Assembly (NCBI GenBank): GCA_963710375.1
Contig: CAVPZX010000002.1
Location: 96,001-160,000 of the forward strand
Direction of reading: 5' to 3'
Length of the DNA stretch: 64,000 nucleotides
Source of the DNA: Nitrospirota bacterium
GTDB lineage: Bacteria; Nitrospirota; Thermodesulfovibrionia; Thermodesulfovibrionales; Dissulfurispiraceae
Made by a program: the position numbers and the translations under genes. Of the stretch, positions 32,899-43,275 are shown in pieces (position 1 is the stretch's first letter; each line of letters opens with the position of its first letter). Under the pieces are notes generated by a model. The model had not been told where the DNA came from and did not search any database. It saw only the letters and a program-made list of their open reading frames with translations.

Positions 32899-33880
32899 TT
32901 AGAATATGCTGAATTTAAAATATTTCTTGGGGTTGGCCCTGACGTCTCTGGTCAATTGTTTTAATTCAGACACGGCTTCACTCAGTCCTGTAACGGTTTC
33001 TTTCAGTTGCGCGGCAAGCTCCTTGTCCTTTATAAGCTCCCCGGCAGTACCCTTGCCTGAATCAATCGCTGAGAGCACGGAATCGAGCTTTCGGGATGCG
33101 CTGTCCAGGTTATCGTAAATCTCGGGGTTCTCTACAAGCTTCTTAAGCGTGCCGTTCCCCTCATTCATCGTCCTGCTGAATTTCTCGAGGGAGGACGAGG
33201 CTGCAAGCATATTGTTGTAAACGGACGGGTCCTTAATAAACATTTTCGCGGATCCTTCAGATTCCTTAAACTCCTTTAATATCGCCAGGAGCGTTGTCGA
33301 TGATTTCTTTAAATTGTCATAGAGGGCTGGATCTTGAAACATTTTTGCAACGGTCCCCTGACTCTTCTCGAAATGCTCCAGTATCTTGTTCGACTTTATT
33401 CACAAATTCGGTGACTTTTGCCATAGACTTTGTACTGGCCTCAACCAGGTCTTTCACTTCCAGTTGCGCAGCGCCATTTATGATACTGCCCGGTTTAATT
33501 TGGCCTGCTTCAAATGTGCCGCCTGTCAACTCTATATATTTGTCGCCCAGGAGACCCTGGGTAATTACGTTTGCATATGAATCGTTTCTTATATAAGGCA
33601 AAGCGCTTTTTTGGATCAACATGGTAACCAGAGTGCCGTATTGGGAGTTAAGGCTTATATTCTTCACAAAACCGATTTCTATCCCCGAGACCCAAACCGG
33701 GGCATCCCGTCTGAGTCCCTTGACATCCTTCACTTGCGCCTTGATGACCACTTTGGAAGAAAACCAGTCCTGGATTCCCCCTGCAAAAAAGACCGTTAAA
33801 AGCAATAGAGCCAGGGCAATGCTGATAACCACCCCAACCTTCAGCTTGGACCACATGAGCTGCTTTTTCATATCAAACAT
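32899..33880 (-). CDS. MlaD/MCE-family protein (apparent frameshift near 33390)
   Basis: MCE domain (GL...APV..SGIEIG, GLLGDKY). Removing one A gives NKVDKILEHFEKSQGTVAKMFQDP, joining ORF 32899..33342 (NPKKYF end). Confidence 0.85.
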
Positions 33881-33891
33881 ATTACTTCCCC

Positions 33892-34626
33892 CTAACGAAC
33901 TCCCCGAAGTTCCCTCATAAATATATGTATATCCGGAATAGATGCTTGCAGAAGCTTCTCTCTGTTTCCATCGAACACGACAGATCCTTCTTTCAGAAAC
34001 ATGAACCGACCCGCCACCCTCATTGCATCGTACACTTTATGCGTTACAATAATAAAGCCCTTTCCATCTTTCGATAGCTCGATAATAAGCTTGCAAATAG
34101 TGTCTGCGTTCACGGGATCAAGCCCGGAAGTGGGCTCATCGTATAGGAACATTGCCGGGTCGCATGCGGCGAGAGATCGTGCAATAGCAACTCTCCTGTG
34201 CATGCCTCCGCTTAATTCGTCCGGCATAAGATCAATTGCGCCCTCAACTCCCACGACCCTTAAAAGTTCCCGCACACGGCGGTCTATTTCTTCCTCTGAG
34301 AGTTTCGTGTATTCCCGCAGGCAAAAAGCCACATTCTCCCTGACATTTAATGAATCAAAAAGCGCTCCCTCCTGGAAAACAATACTGAACTTCATGCGCA
34401 CATCCCTTAATTCACTCTCCGTTTTAATTGTTATATCTTGTCCATCAACCATGATGCGCCCCGAATCCGGCCTCAAAAGGCCGAGTATCAGTTTCAATAT
34501 TGTCGTCTTGCCTTCCCCGCTCCCGCCGAGAATGGCTACCCGCTCACCGGAGTCGATAAGGAAACTTACTTCCTTTAGAACGGTGCGCTCACCATATGAG
34601 AAACATACGTGGTCGAATTTTATCAT
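33892..34626 (-). CDS. MlaF-like ABC ATPase
   Basis: GGSGEGKT, FQEGALFDSL, LSGGM, YDEPTSGLDP. Confidence 0.9.
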   Translation of the reverse strand: MIKFDHVCFSYGERTVLKEVSFLIDSGERVAILGGSGEGKTTILKLILGLLRPDSGRIMVDGQDITIKTESELRDVRMKFSIVFQEGALFDSLNVRENVAFCLREYTKLSEEEIDRRVRELLRVVGVEGAIDLMPDELSGGMHRRVAIARSLAACDPAMFLYDEPTSGLDPVNADTICKLIIELSKDGKGFIIVTHKVYDAMRVAGRFMFLKEGSVVFDGNREKLLQASIPDIHIFMRELRGVR

Positions 34627-35390
34627 ACCGAAAACCCGAGTATATAGAGCAATATTCTGGTAAGAGCGAAATCGGCGATGATGATAGATATAATAGACAG
34701 GACAACGGCGTTCGTTGTGGCCCGCCTGAGGCCGGCTGCGCCCCCCATGGTAGTCAATCCACTAAAACAGCTGATGCTCGCTATAAGGAATCCGAAAATA
34801 AAGGGCTTGACAGAGCCTGCAACGATATTCTCGAAAATCAGGACATCACGAATAGATTTCCAGTAGACATAGCCGCTCTGGTTGCTCACGAATACAATAA
34901 TGTAATACGCGCCAAAGATGGAGATCGCGTCACCGATAACAGTCAGGACAGGCAGCATAATTATTGCACTGATCAATCGCGGCGTAACCAGTTTCTTTAT
35001 CGGGTCCACGCCGAAGACCCTGAAAGAATCCACCTGGTGCCCGAGCACCATCGACCCCAGTTCGGATGCCATGCCTGCCCCGACCCGCCCGGTGAATACC
35101 AGGGCAGCCATTACAGGGCCAATCTCCCTGATAACCGTAATCCCCACTGCCTTGCCGGTATACATCTTGAGCCCCAGCCGGCCAAACTCGGCAGACAGCT
35201 GAAGCGAAAGCGCCATCCCGATAAAAAGGGAAACAAGTACAATGATGGGGAAAGATCCTGCACCGGCGTAATCCATCTGTTCAATAGCGTCCCTTAAGTA
35301 AAATGGCCTGGTTACCACTCCGGCAAGTCCGCGTAAAGCGAGAAGATAATAATCCTGCAAGTTATTTATTATTTCTTTTATTCTCATCAC
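34623..35390 (-). CDS. MlaE-like ABC permease
   Basis: IREIGPV, GRVGAGMASELGSM, PR, ATTNAVV. Confidence 0.92.
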   Translation of the reverse strand: MMRIKEIINNLQDYYLLALRGLAGVVTRPFYLRDAIEQMDYAGAGSFPIIVLVSLFIGMALSLQLSAEFGRLGLKMYTGKAVGITVIREIGPVMAALVFTGRVGAGMASELGSMVLGHQVDSFRVFGVDPIKKLVTPRLISAIIMLPVLTVIGDAISIFGAYYIIVFVSNQSGYVYWKSIRDVLIFENIVAGSVKPFIFGFLIASISCFSGLTTMGGAAGLRRATTNAVVLSIISIIIADFALTRILLYILGFSV

Positions 35391-36284
35391 CTATGACCCT
35401 ACCCTTTTCCACCGTCTATGTATCCAGAGCCATTCTGTCGGGTGCTCTTTGATGTACTCATCAACATAACTGCTCAAGCGCTGCGTATCCTCTTTCAGGG
35501 AGCTCTCGGACATTTCTTCGCGGTTTAACAACACCTCAGGGTAAATAGTCATAACATGCCCGATCCCTTCCCTGCTTATGAAAGCCGGGATTACAGGAGT
35601 GCCGGTCTTTCTGGCAATAAGGGCCGGCATCTTGGTGGTCCAGGCGCCCCTCCCCAAAAAGTTTATGGTATAACCCTCATCCCGTATAACTGCCTGGTCC
35701 ATCAGAATGCCTACTGTGCCTTCTTTTTTCAGACAAGCAAGGATACCTTTCAAGGCCCCCCTTTTATATATAACGCTGTTGCCGTACCGCGCCCTTATCT
35801 TGCCAATCATTCCGTTGATATAAGGATTATCCTGTGCCCGCGCAACAACAGAGGCAGGGGATACCTTCAAGCCAAAGGCCAGTGCCATCAGTTCCCAGTT
35901 GCCGCAGTGGCCTGTAACAAAGATGACTCCCTTACCTTTAGCTTTTGCTTCATTGTAATGCTCGCTTCCCCTGATTACAACATTCCGAATAAGCCTATTG
36001 CCAAAGCCATAGTAAATCTTCATGACCTCTGCAATAGACTTCCCGAAATTGACAAAGCTTTCCCTTGCAATTTTTTCGGCCGGTTCCGAAACTGCGAGTG
36101 CTCCTGACTGGACCGATTTCTCAATATTCCCGACAGCAATCCGGCGTCTTCCTGACCAGACATTAAAAAGTAAAAGGCCGAGAAACCCGCCTGCCTTTAA
36201 AGCACATTTGTAAGGAAGCAGGGCGAGAGGGAATGACAGGACAATTATAATCACCGCTTCCAAAAGCCAGAGGAGTCGTTTCAT
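35391..36284 (-). CDS. Lipid A late acyltransferase (LpxL/HtrB family)
   Basis: GHCGNWE, ILMDQ, FLGR, HPTEWLWIHRRWK. Confidence 0.88.
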   Translation of the reverse strand: MKRLLWLLEAVIIIVLSFPLALLPYKCALKAGGFLGLLLFNVWSGRRRIAVGNIEKSVQSGALAVSEPAEKIARESFVNFGKSIAEVMKIYYGFGNRLIRNVVIRGSEHYNEAKAKGKGVIFVTGHCGNWELMALAFGLKVSPASVVARAQDNPYINGMIGKIRARYGNSVIYKRGALKGILACLKKEGTVGILMDQAVIRDEGYTINFLGRGAWTTKMPALIARKTGTPVIPAFISREGIGHVMTIYPEVLLNREEMSESSLKEDTQRLSSYVDEYIKEHPTEWLWIHRRWKRVGS

Positions 36285-36292
36285 TAAGATGG

Positions 36293-38752
36293 TTATCGGT
36301 CAGTACCCTCATCACCTTTAGGCTTGGGAGTGGCTGTTGAGTCGGCCGTCTCAGGTTCCTGCTCTTTCTCTTTCTTTTTCTCCATCGCCTCCGAGATTTC
36401 CCCCAGCCGTTTCATTATGAGGTAATTGACAGTCCCTTCCGGATATGTACCGTCAGCGCTCATCTCTCCGGCTTTCATACCGGTCAGGATCTCAAGACCC
36501 TCTTCAACCTTGCTAATGGGATATATAACGAAACGGGCATCTTTCACTGCGTCGACCACTTCCTGCCTTAGCATGAGGTTTTTAACATTTCTCCTCGGTA
36601 TTATCACGCCATGGCCCCCGTTCAATCCCCTGTATTTACAGAGGTCAAAAAAGCCTTCGATCTTCTCGTTTACGCCGCCTATAGGCTGAACATCCCCGTT
36701 TTGGTCCATTGAGCCGGTTACAGCGAAACTCTGCTTCAAAGGGACACTTGCTATGCTGCTGAGCAATGCATAAAGCTCTGCGCAGGTGGCGCTGTCTCCC
36801 TCTATCATCTCATAGAGCTGCTCAAAGGTGATGGAAGCAGAAAGGCTGATGGGCTTTTTGGCCGCATATTTGCTTCCAAGATAGCCGGATATTATCATAA
36901 TCGCCTTTTCGTGTATCTTCCCGCTCATCTTCGTCTCACGCTCTATATTTACCACCCCCGCCTTCCCCATATAGGTAAGGGCGGTTATCCTTGATGGTTT
37001 GCCGAATGCATAATCACCCAGGGAAAGGACTGCCAGCCCGTTCACCTGCCCCACCTTTTCTCCGGAGGTGTTGACAATAAGCGTATCCTCCAGCGTGGCC
37101 TCCCTGATCCGCTCCTCAATCCTGTTCGCCCTCATTGTTTTCTCATCGATGGCCTTCACCACGTGTTCAGCGAGAACCAAATCGCTGCCCATTTTCTTTG
37201 CCCAATAATGCGATTCGCGAATCAGGTCCGCTATATAGCTGAATTGCGTAGAAAGCTTCTCCTGATGCTCGGCAAGCCTTGATCCGTATTCAATGATCTT
37301 TGCCATGCCGCTCTGGTCGAAAGGGGTAAGGTTCTCGGCTTTCTGGCAACCGGCAATAAAAAGAGCATATTTAGCCATGTTCTCTTTTGTTCTTACCATC
37401 CTGTTATCGAAATCCGCCTTGACTTTAAAGAGTTCCCTGTATTCATCGTCAAGGTTGTAAAGCATATAGTATATATAGGGGTTGCCGATGAAGATTACCT
37501 TTACGTTCAGCGGGAGCGGTTCCGGCTTCATGCCGGCAGTGCTCACCAACCTGTACTGCTCCCATACATCTTCCATTTTGATCTCCTTCGTCCTTAATGC
37601 CCGTTTCAGAGCGTCATAGGAGAAGATGTTCTTCAAAAGGTCGATGACATTTATTACTATATATCCGTTGTTCGCCTTATGCAGCGATCCTGCCTTGATC
37701 AATGAAAAATCGGTTGACGCCATACCGTACTGCACCTTGTACTCCATTCTGCCAAAGAGGTTCAGGAAGGTGGGATTGTTCTCAAAAACTACAGGCGCCC
37801 CCTTGGTCTCGCCGTTATTGACGAACACATTCACTGCATATCTGACAAAAGACGTCTCCTGCCTCGGCATCCTCATAAAAGGCAACTGAGGGGCCTGCTC
37901 TTCAGCAGGCCTGAAATCATCCAGATTAGCAAGGATATCTTCCTGTACCACGTTAAGGTATTCCGTGATCTTTTCGTGGTTGGCGTATTTTTTCTTGAGG
38001 TCCTGGATAAAGTGTCCTACCGACCCGAGCGCAATCTCCCTTTCAAGCCTGGCGAGCATCTCCTTCACCAGCTTTTCCGCCTCTCTGACCGCCCTGACGA
38101 CATCGTCAAGTTTCTCCTGCAATGCCTTGCCTACCTCTTCAATCGTGCCTTTTGTTTTTTCATCCAGGGCTGCAAATTCTTCTTCTGTCAGAGGTTCGCC
38201 GCCCTTTTTTATTGGGACGATCATCAGACCCGACACAGCTTTTCTTATGGCAAACCCCTTGGACTGCGCCTCCTCTTCCAGACCGGCAAAGAGGTCCTTC
38301 TGTTTCTGCTGGAAGTCTTCTAAAATTCTGCCCCTCTGCTTTCCGTATTCCTTGGAATCAAATGTTTTGGGTATCTCATCACGCAATACCTTTATGAGCT
38401 CACTCATGTCATTCTGAAAAAGCACACCCCTGCCGGGCTCAAGTGATATTGCAAGGGGATAATCAGGATTTTTAAAGTTGTGTACATAGCACCAGTCAGG
38501 AGGTACTTTTTCATGTGCCGCCCGCTCGGTCAGGAGTGTTTTGATCGTCTTCGTCTTGCCAGTGCCGTCTTCGCCCATGGCAAAAATATTAAACCCGTCG
38601 CTGTTGAGGCTGAGGCCGAAATCCAGGGCCTGCAGGGCCTTCTCCTGGCCGATCGTTCCGATAATCTCCTCTAACATTTCCGACGTACCAAAATTGAAGG
38701 GCACAACATCACAGCACCTATAAAGTTCATCCGGTTTAAGTGGTTCAGGCAT
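36293..38752 (-). CDS. Lon-like AAA protease (LonB/LonC type)
   Basis: IGQEKA, GSLHKANNG, GQVNGL, EGDSAT (catalytic Ser), IGGVNEKIEGFF. Confidence 0.9.
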   Translation of the reverse strand: MPEPLKPDELYRCCDVVPFNFGTSEMLEEIIGTIGQEKALQALDFGLSLNSDGFNIFAMGEDGTGKTKTIKTLLTERAAHEKVPPDWCYVHNFKNPDYPLAISLEPGRGVLFQNDMSELIKVLRDEIPKTFDSKEYGKQRGRILEDFQQKQKDLFAGLEEEAQSKGFAIRKAVSGLMIVPIKKGGEPLTEEEFAALDEKTKGTIEEVGKALQEKLDDVVRAVREAEKLVKEMLARLEREIALGSVGHFIQDLKKKYANHEKITEYLNVVQEDILANLDDFRPAEEQAPQLPFMRMPRQETSFVRYAVNVFVNNGETKGAPVVFENNPTFLNLFGRMEYKVQYGMASTDFSLIKAGSLHKANNGYIVINVIDLLKNIFSYDALKRALRTKEIKMEDVWEQYRLVSTAGMKPEPLPLNVKVIFIGNPYIYYMLYNLDDEYRELFKVKADFDNRMVRTKENMAKYALFIAGCQKAENLTPFDQSGMAKIIEYGSRLAEHQEKLSTQFSYIADLIRESHYWAKKMGSDLVLAEHVVKAIDEKTMRANRIEERIREATLEDTLIVNTSGEKVGQVNGLAVLSLGDYAFGKPSRITALTYMGKAGVVNIERETKMSGKIHEKAIMIISGYLGSKYAAKKPISLSASITFEQLYEMIEGDSATCAELYALLSSIASVPLKQSFAVTGSMDQNGDVQPIGGVNEKIEGFFDLCKYRGLNGGHGVIIPRRNVKNLMLRQEVVDAVKDARFVIYPISKVEEGLEILTGMKAGEMSADGTYPEGTVNYLIMKRLGEISEAMEKKKEKEQEPETADSTATPKPKGDEGTDR

Positions 38753-38773
38753 AATAGTTCTCCTCCTTCAAAA

Positions 38774-38862
38774 AATTAAGAATTACGAATTAAGAATTAC
38801 GAATTACAAGCATTAATGAGAATATAGTTGCTTCAACAATTCATAATTCTTAATTCGTAATT
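38774..38862. repeat. Inverted heptamer tandem-repeat hairpin (AATTACG/AATTAAG facing AATTCNT)
   Basis: About five left units and three to four right units, between xerD and the Lon-like gene. Confidence 0.8.
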
Positions 38863-38880
38863 TTCAGTCCAGTATTAGCG

Positions 38881-39813
38881 CTACTTTGCCCTGGGATGAT
38901 GCTCCTGGTAGACTTTTTTAATTCTGTCGGATGACACCTTTGTATAAATCTGCGTCGTCGCAATATCAGAATGCCCGAGCATCTTCTGCACAGAGCGCAG
39001 GTCGGCTCCGCCGTCCAAAAGGTGTGTTGCAAAAGAATGCCTGAGCATATGCGGCGTAAGTTTTAAGTCGGCACTGCCGGCAAAACTTTTCAGTGCCTGC
39101 CAGAACCGCTGTCTTGTCATCGGCTTCCCCCTGCCGGTCAGAAAAAGATAAGGAGACTGCCTGCCATTGAGTAGCCCCGGCCTAAGTTCCCTCATATATT
39201 TTTTTATCCTTTCCGAAGCCCTGTGATTCATAGGCACTACCCTTTCCTTGGATCCCTTGCCCATAACCCGCAAAAAACCCCCTTCAAAATTAATGTCATT
39301 GACCTTTATAATAAGCACCTCGCTTATTCTCAACCCCGAAGCATAAAGCAATTCCAGTATCGCTGCGTCCCTGACAAACATGCTGCTTTTTACTTCCGAG
39401 TTCAGCAGTCTCTTCGTATCTTCCACGCTCAAGGCCTTGGGCAGCCTTTCCCATTGCCGTGGAGTTCTCAAAGTTTCAGAAGGGTTATCGTCAATTATTT
39501 TTTCAATAACAAGGTATCTGCAAAACCCTTTTATCGAGGAAATAAACCTGCAGACACTCGCTGAAGAATGGCCGCTGTCTTTCAGCCTGCCGATATAATT
39601 GACGATGTCATCCCTGGTGAAAGACGTGAGATCCAATCCAATCTCCGACAAAAAGTTGCCGAATGACTGCAAGTCCAGCGAATATGACGCCACTGTATTG
39701 GTGGACAACCCCTTTTCTGTAGAAAGGTAAGCAGCAAACTGTCCCAGTAAAGGGCGGCGGGCAGGCACAGTCCGCTTTTCCCCAGCCGCTTTACTGTTGT
39801 TAAGCACATCCAC
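38881..39813 (-). CDS. xerD: Tyrosine recombinase XerD
   Basis: EKGLSTNTVASY, LYASGLRISE, GKGSKERVVP, MTRQRFW, PHMLRHSFATHLL, LGHSDIATTQIYT. Confidence 0.93.
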   Translation of the reverse strand: MDVLNNSKAAGEKRTVPARRPLLGQFAAYLSTEKGLSTNTVASYSLDLQSFGNFLSEIGLDLTSFTRDDIVNYIGRLKDSGHSSASVCRFISSIKGFCRYLVIEKIIDDNPSETLRTPRQWERLPKALSVEDTKRLLNSEVKSSMFVRDAAILELLYASGLRISEVLIIKVNDINFEGGFLRVMGKGSKERVVPMNHRASERIKKYMRELRPGLLNGRQSPYLFLTGRGKPMTRQRFWQALKSFAGSADLKLTPHMLRHSFATHLLDGGADLRSVQKMLGHSDIATTQIYTKVSSDRIKKVYQEHHPRAK

Positions 39814-40624
39814 AGGCTATAAGTTCCTCTATTCCCGTCGCGTTTTTTAACCGCTGATATAAAATATCGGCAAGTTTCAACAGGTTCATAGTATCTTCCT
39901 TGTTGTACATCAACAGCAGTTCCCTTGCCTCCATGTTCCCTTTTTTTACCTGCTCCCATAATTTAACAGCGTCATATCCGTTCATGCCCTTGACAACATC
40001 ATCCCTTTCGATGCCGAATAACGTCTCGAGCTTTTTCAACCCTCCGTTGATCTCGAGCTTCCTGGCTGCGAAGCAGAGGTCGAAATGAGGGATGTCAAAC
40101 CTGACGCCTGGAAATGCCCTGAGTAGAAACGGGACATCGAAGGCAGCGCCGTAAAATGTCAACAGGTATTTGTACCCTTTCAATGCGTTGTTGAGGCTCT
40201 CAGCCGTTAAATTTTCCCCGCGTATCAGCGAGCGCCATTCATAGCCGTCATACAGGCCTATGACCGTGACATAACCGCCGTGGTCAGGCTGGAAACCATT
40301 GGTTTCGATATCAAGGCAGACCGCCCCATCCTTAAAAACATCGAAAAGCCTCCAGTGCTCCCTGCGTTTCATTATCCTGGCAAAATACTCGCTATTCCCA
40401 ACGCTGAGTTCCATCGACGCCTGGTTCAGCTGGTCATCGTAAATCCTTTTTCTTTCAGGGCTGATCCCCTCTATTTCCGTACTAGCGCAAAAGTCGTCCC
40501 ACGTAAGGACCTTCTTTTTCCATATCGTTCGCTCAAGCTTCTCTCCTATCCCGTTAAGTAGCGAGAATGTGTTCCTTATCACTGCAGACCCCTTTTCCGG
40601 CCCCGTATAATGCCTTTTAGACAA
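39800..40624 (-). CDS. YprB-like RNase H-fold exonuclease
   Basis: LDIETNG, TFYGAAFDVPFL, GGLKKLE, YNKEDT; start may be GTG at 40582. Confidence 0.85.
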   Translation of the reverse strand: MSKRHYTGPEKGSAVIRNTFSLLNGIGEKLERTIWKKKVLTWDDFCASTEIEGISPERKRIYDDQLNQASMELSVGNSEYFARIMKRREHWRLFDVFKDGAVCLDIETNGFQPDHGGYVTVIGLYDGYEWRSLIRGENLTAESLNNALKGYKYLLTFYGAAFDVPFLLRAFPGVRFDIPHFDLCFAARKLEINGGLKKLETLFGIERDDVVKGMNGYDAVKLWEQVKKGNMEARELLLMYNKEDTMNLLKLADILYQRLKNATGIEELIACGCA

Positions 40625-40836
40625 ATCTTCCAGGGGACCTTTTATAGCTGTTATTATTATACTCTTTATGAATAGTCACTACAACCTGAGGTACCGAGTC
40701 AGTATAAAAATTGCAGATATCTAACTCAAATTGGTAGTATATTTAGTAAAAACATGGAGGATAGCGGTGAGAGACTTGAGGAAAAGATCCAACTGCCCTA
40801 TTCCAACAAAGCCGTCTAGTTGTATACTCTATTCGT

Positions 40837-42264
40837 ATGTCATTTGACCCGAAAGACTCAATTTACATAATATTGGGCGGAATGACAGGGGCCGCCGTGG
40901 CCAGCCTGTTCATATTAATTATTTATTTTTTTTCCGATTTCCGTAAACAAAAAGCTTACAGAAGCAAAATATTAAAACGCCTCGACACCGCAGATATGAT
41001 GCTGCGGGAAAACATGACCATGGATGCGCTATCGATATATAATGAGCTGTTGCTCAATATGCCGAAGCAGCTCCAGCCGGAACTGTATGCCCATATAAAG
41101 CAGAGCGAAGGGAATTGCTATTACGCTATATCACTTGTGCGAAACAAACCGGAAAACCTGATCAAGGCAATCCAGTCATACGAAGAGGCGTTGCGCCATG
41201 ACAGTTACCAAAAAAAACCCGGTGTGTATCTTTCTATTCAGGCCCAGCTCGGCGATGCATACCTGCAAATATCCGAATACCTGAATAAAGAAGATTTTCT
41301 GGCCAAGGCGATATACTCATTCAACGAAGTGCTCAGGCTATATACTCCTGATACCGACCCGGTCAATTACGCATTAATGCAGTACAAACTTGGGTCGTCT
41401 TACAAGTCCCTTGCGGGATCCCAAAAGAAAGAAGGCATTATGCTCCATGCGATCAACGCATTCAATGAGTCGCTGAGAATTTACACCGTCGAGACATATC
41501 CCATCAATTATGCGGAGACACAATATAACCTGGGCGATCTTTTTCTTATGGCTGCAGAAGTCGTTAACCAGGAAGACAATCTCATCAAGGCCCTCGATGC
41601 ATTCTCCAATGCCCTCAGGATTTACACCTTTGGAAGATACAATGTTAATTTTGCCGCGGCCCAAAAAAAGATGGGCAATGCCTATTCTTTACTCACCCTG
41701 ACACGCCGCGAAGAAGAGGTCTTTATCAACGCTATCAACGCCTTTTATCAGGCGCTGAAAGTATACAGCATTGAGGAATATCCCCAGGAATACGTGGGGA
41801 TACAAAACAGCATCGGGACTATCTACCGGGAACTTTCTACGCTGTCCGCCCAAGGTGACAACCTGCGTAAAGCGGTCGCTGCATTCGATGAGGCCCTTAA
41901 AGCATGCTCTTTTGAGACAAACCCTGCCGAATATGCTGCCGTGCAGCACAATATGGGAAATGCCTGTCTTATGCTCTCTGAAATCGATGGCAGCGAGGCT
42001 ATTGTCGAAAAATGCATACACTCCTACCAGGAAACCCTCAAGGTGAAAACAATCAACTATAACCCTGTCGACTTCGCCGCTATACAGCACCGCCTAGGAG
42101 ATGCTTACAGAAACATCTCAAAATATACGAAAAAAGAGGAAAACCTGGACAGGGCAGCCGCGGCTTATAAAGAAGCGCTGAAGGTCTATAATGCCGAGAA
42201 CTATCCTGTTGAACACAGGGAGGTATATTTATCGCTGGAGAAAATCAGAAGGACCGTATCTTAG
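40837..42264 (+). CDS. Membrane-anchored TPR-repeat protein
   Basis: N-terminal TM segment; repeats of the form P..YA..Q..LG..Y...AI..F.EAL..YT. Confidence 0.85.
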   Translation: MSFDPKDSIYIILGGMTGAAVASLFILIIYFFSDFRKQKAYRSKILKRLDTADMMLRENMTMDALSIYNELLLNMPKQLQPELYAHIKQSEGNCYYAISLVRNKPENLIKAIQSYEEALRHDSYQKKPGVYLSIQAQLGDAYLQISEYLNKEDFLAKAIYSFNEVLRLYTPDTDPVNYALMQYKLGSSYKSLAGSQKKEGIMLHAINAFNESLRIYTVETYPINYAETQYNLGDLFLMAAEVVNQEDNLIKALDAFSNALRIYTFGRYNVNFAAAQKKMGNAYSLLTLTRREEEVFINAINAFYQALKVYSIEEYPQEYVGIQNSIGTIYRELSTLSAQGDNLRKAVAAFDEALKACSFETNPAEYAAVQHNMGNACLMLSEIDGSEAIVEKCIHSYQETLKVKTINYNPVDFAAIQHRLGDAYRNISKYTKKEENLDRAAAAYKEALKVYNAENYPVEHREVYLSLEKIRRTVS

Positions 42265-42512
42265 CACTCAGGACTCGCCGGCCCTTCCTCTCCTTTGATC
42301 ACTTTTTCAGCCAGCGCCTTGTCGGCCTGCGGCACCAGAATCCTAATCTCTCCGATCTTGCCTATGTTGACAGGAAAAGGGCTCACTTTCGAAGACCGCA
42401 ACACAACAGGTATCCCGCCGCTTTCCAGAAGGTCCTTGACCATCTCAGCCTCAACGGGATCGCACGTAACCAGCACATCCACCCACTCTTCACTTCCATC
42501 AGATCCCAGCAT
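42261..42512 (-). CDS. DUF2007-like small protein
   Basis: EAEMVKDLLESGGIPV...EIRILVP..D...A; start overlaps the upstream gene's end. Confidence 0.75.
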   Translation of the reverse strand: MLGSDGSEEWVDVLVTCDPVEAEMVKDLLESGGIPVVLRSSKVSPFPVNIGKIGEIRILVPQADKALAEKVIKGEEGPASPEC

Positions 42513-43275
42513 ACCACTCGTATCCTTGGTCTTCCCAGTACCCTCCCTTTCCGCCGGCGATCTTAGAGAAGCTTTCGACGATTTCCAGGCGGATAACATA
42601 CTTCGCGTGTTTGTATCCGAGCTGGCGCTCGACCCGTAAGCGTATCGGCGCACCATTGGCGAGAGGAAGATCCGTTCCGTTCAATTCGTACGCCAGAATG
42701 GTTTGCGGGTGGAATGCGTCCTCCATATCTATGCTCTCGTAGTAGGGAGAACTGCCGTCGTCATTCATCGGGTCGGCACAGTGAAAGACGACATAGCGGG
42801 CATTCGGTTTGAGTTGGACCTTTTCGAGCAGGGGCCCTAAACGCGCTCCCTTCCACTTGCCTATGGCGCTCCATCCCTCGACGCAATCGTGCCTCGTTAT
42901 CTGGGTGCGGCTAGGGAGCGCCCGTATCTCGGCGAGAGAAAACATGCCGGGCTTCTCGACCAAACCGTCAACGGCCAATCGATAATCTGCGAACCCGTTC
43001 TTCGCCATCGCCAAGAATGCCGGGTTGCTGGGCACTGAAGTCCCGTTGCTCCTGAACTTATGAGAAGGGTCCGTCTCAGAGAATTCCCGGACCATAGCCT
43101 TTCTTGGCAGAATCAGTCGCTGAGCGCCCAGGGTCATTTTCTCGCCAAAGCCCAGAATGTTGGGAAACCATGTCGTATCCGAAAGCTTCTGACAGCCGGC
43201 CAAGGCCATGGCTCCGACACCGGCAATCATCCGCGCCAGGAGTCCCCTGCGGTCGATCCCTGTTAAGTTACTCAT
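42499..43275 (-). CDS. Tat-exported molybdopterin oxidoreductase (sulfite-oxidase family, MsrP-like)
   Basis: DRRGLL twin-Arg signal, HDCVEGWS Mo-ligand Cys, HPQTILAY, GAPIRL, LGYKHAK, GGYWEDQGY. Confidence 0.9.
   Translation of the reverse strand: MSNLTGIDRRGLLARMIAGVGAMALAGCQKLSDTTWFPNILGFGEKMTLGAQRLILPRKAMVREFSETDPSHKFRSNGTSVPSNPAFLAMAKNGFADYRLAVDGLVEKPGMFSLAEIRALPSRTQITRHDCVEGWSAIGKWKGARLGPLLEKVQLKPNARYVVFHCADPMNDDGSSPYYESIDMEDAFHPQTILAYELNGTDLPLANGAPIRLRVERQLGYKHAKYVIRLEIVESFSKIAGGKGGYWEDQGYEWYAGI

Noticed and set aside
38774..38862. Short repeats as a CRISPR array
   Set aside because: Units are 6-8 bp and contiguous with no unique spacers; no cas genes in the window.
38881..39813. Tyrosine recombinase as a prophage or integron integrase
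   Set aside because: Sequence is typical XerD, lacks the IntI-specific insertion, sits among housekeeping genes, and no att sites or phage genes are seen.
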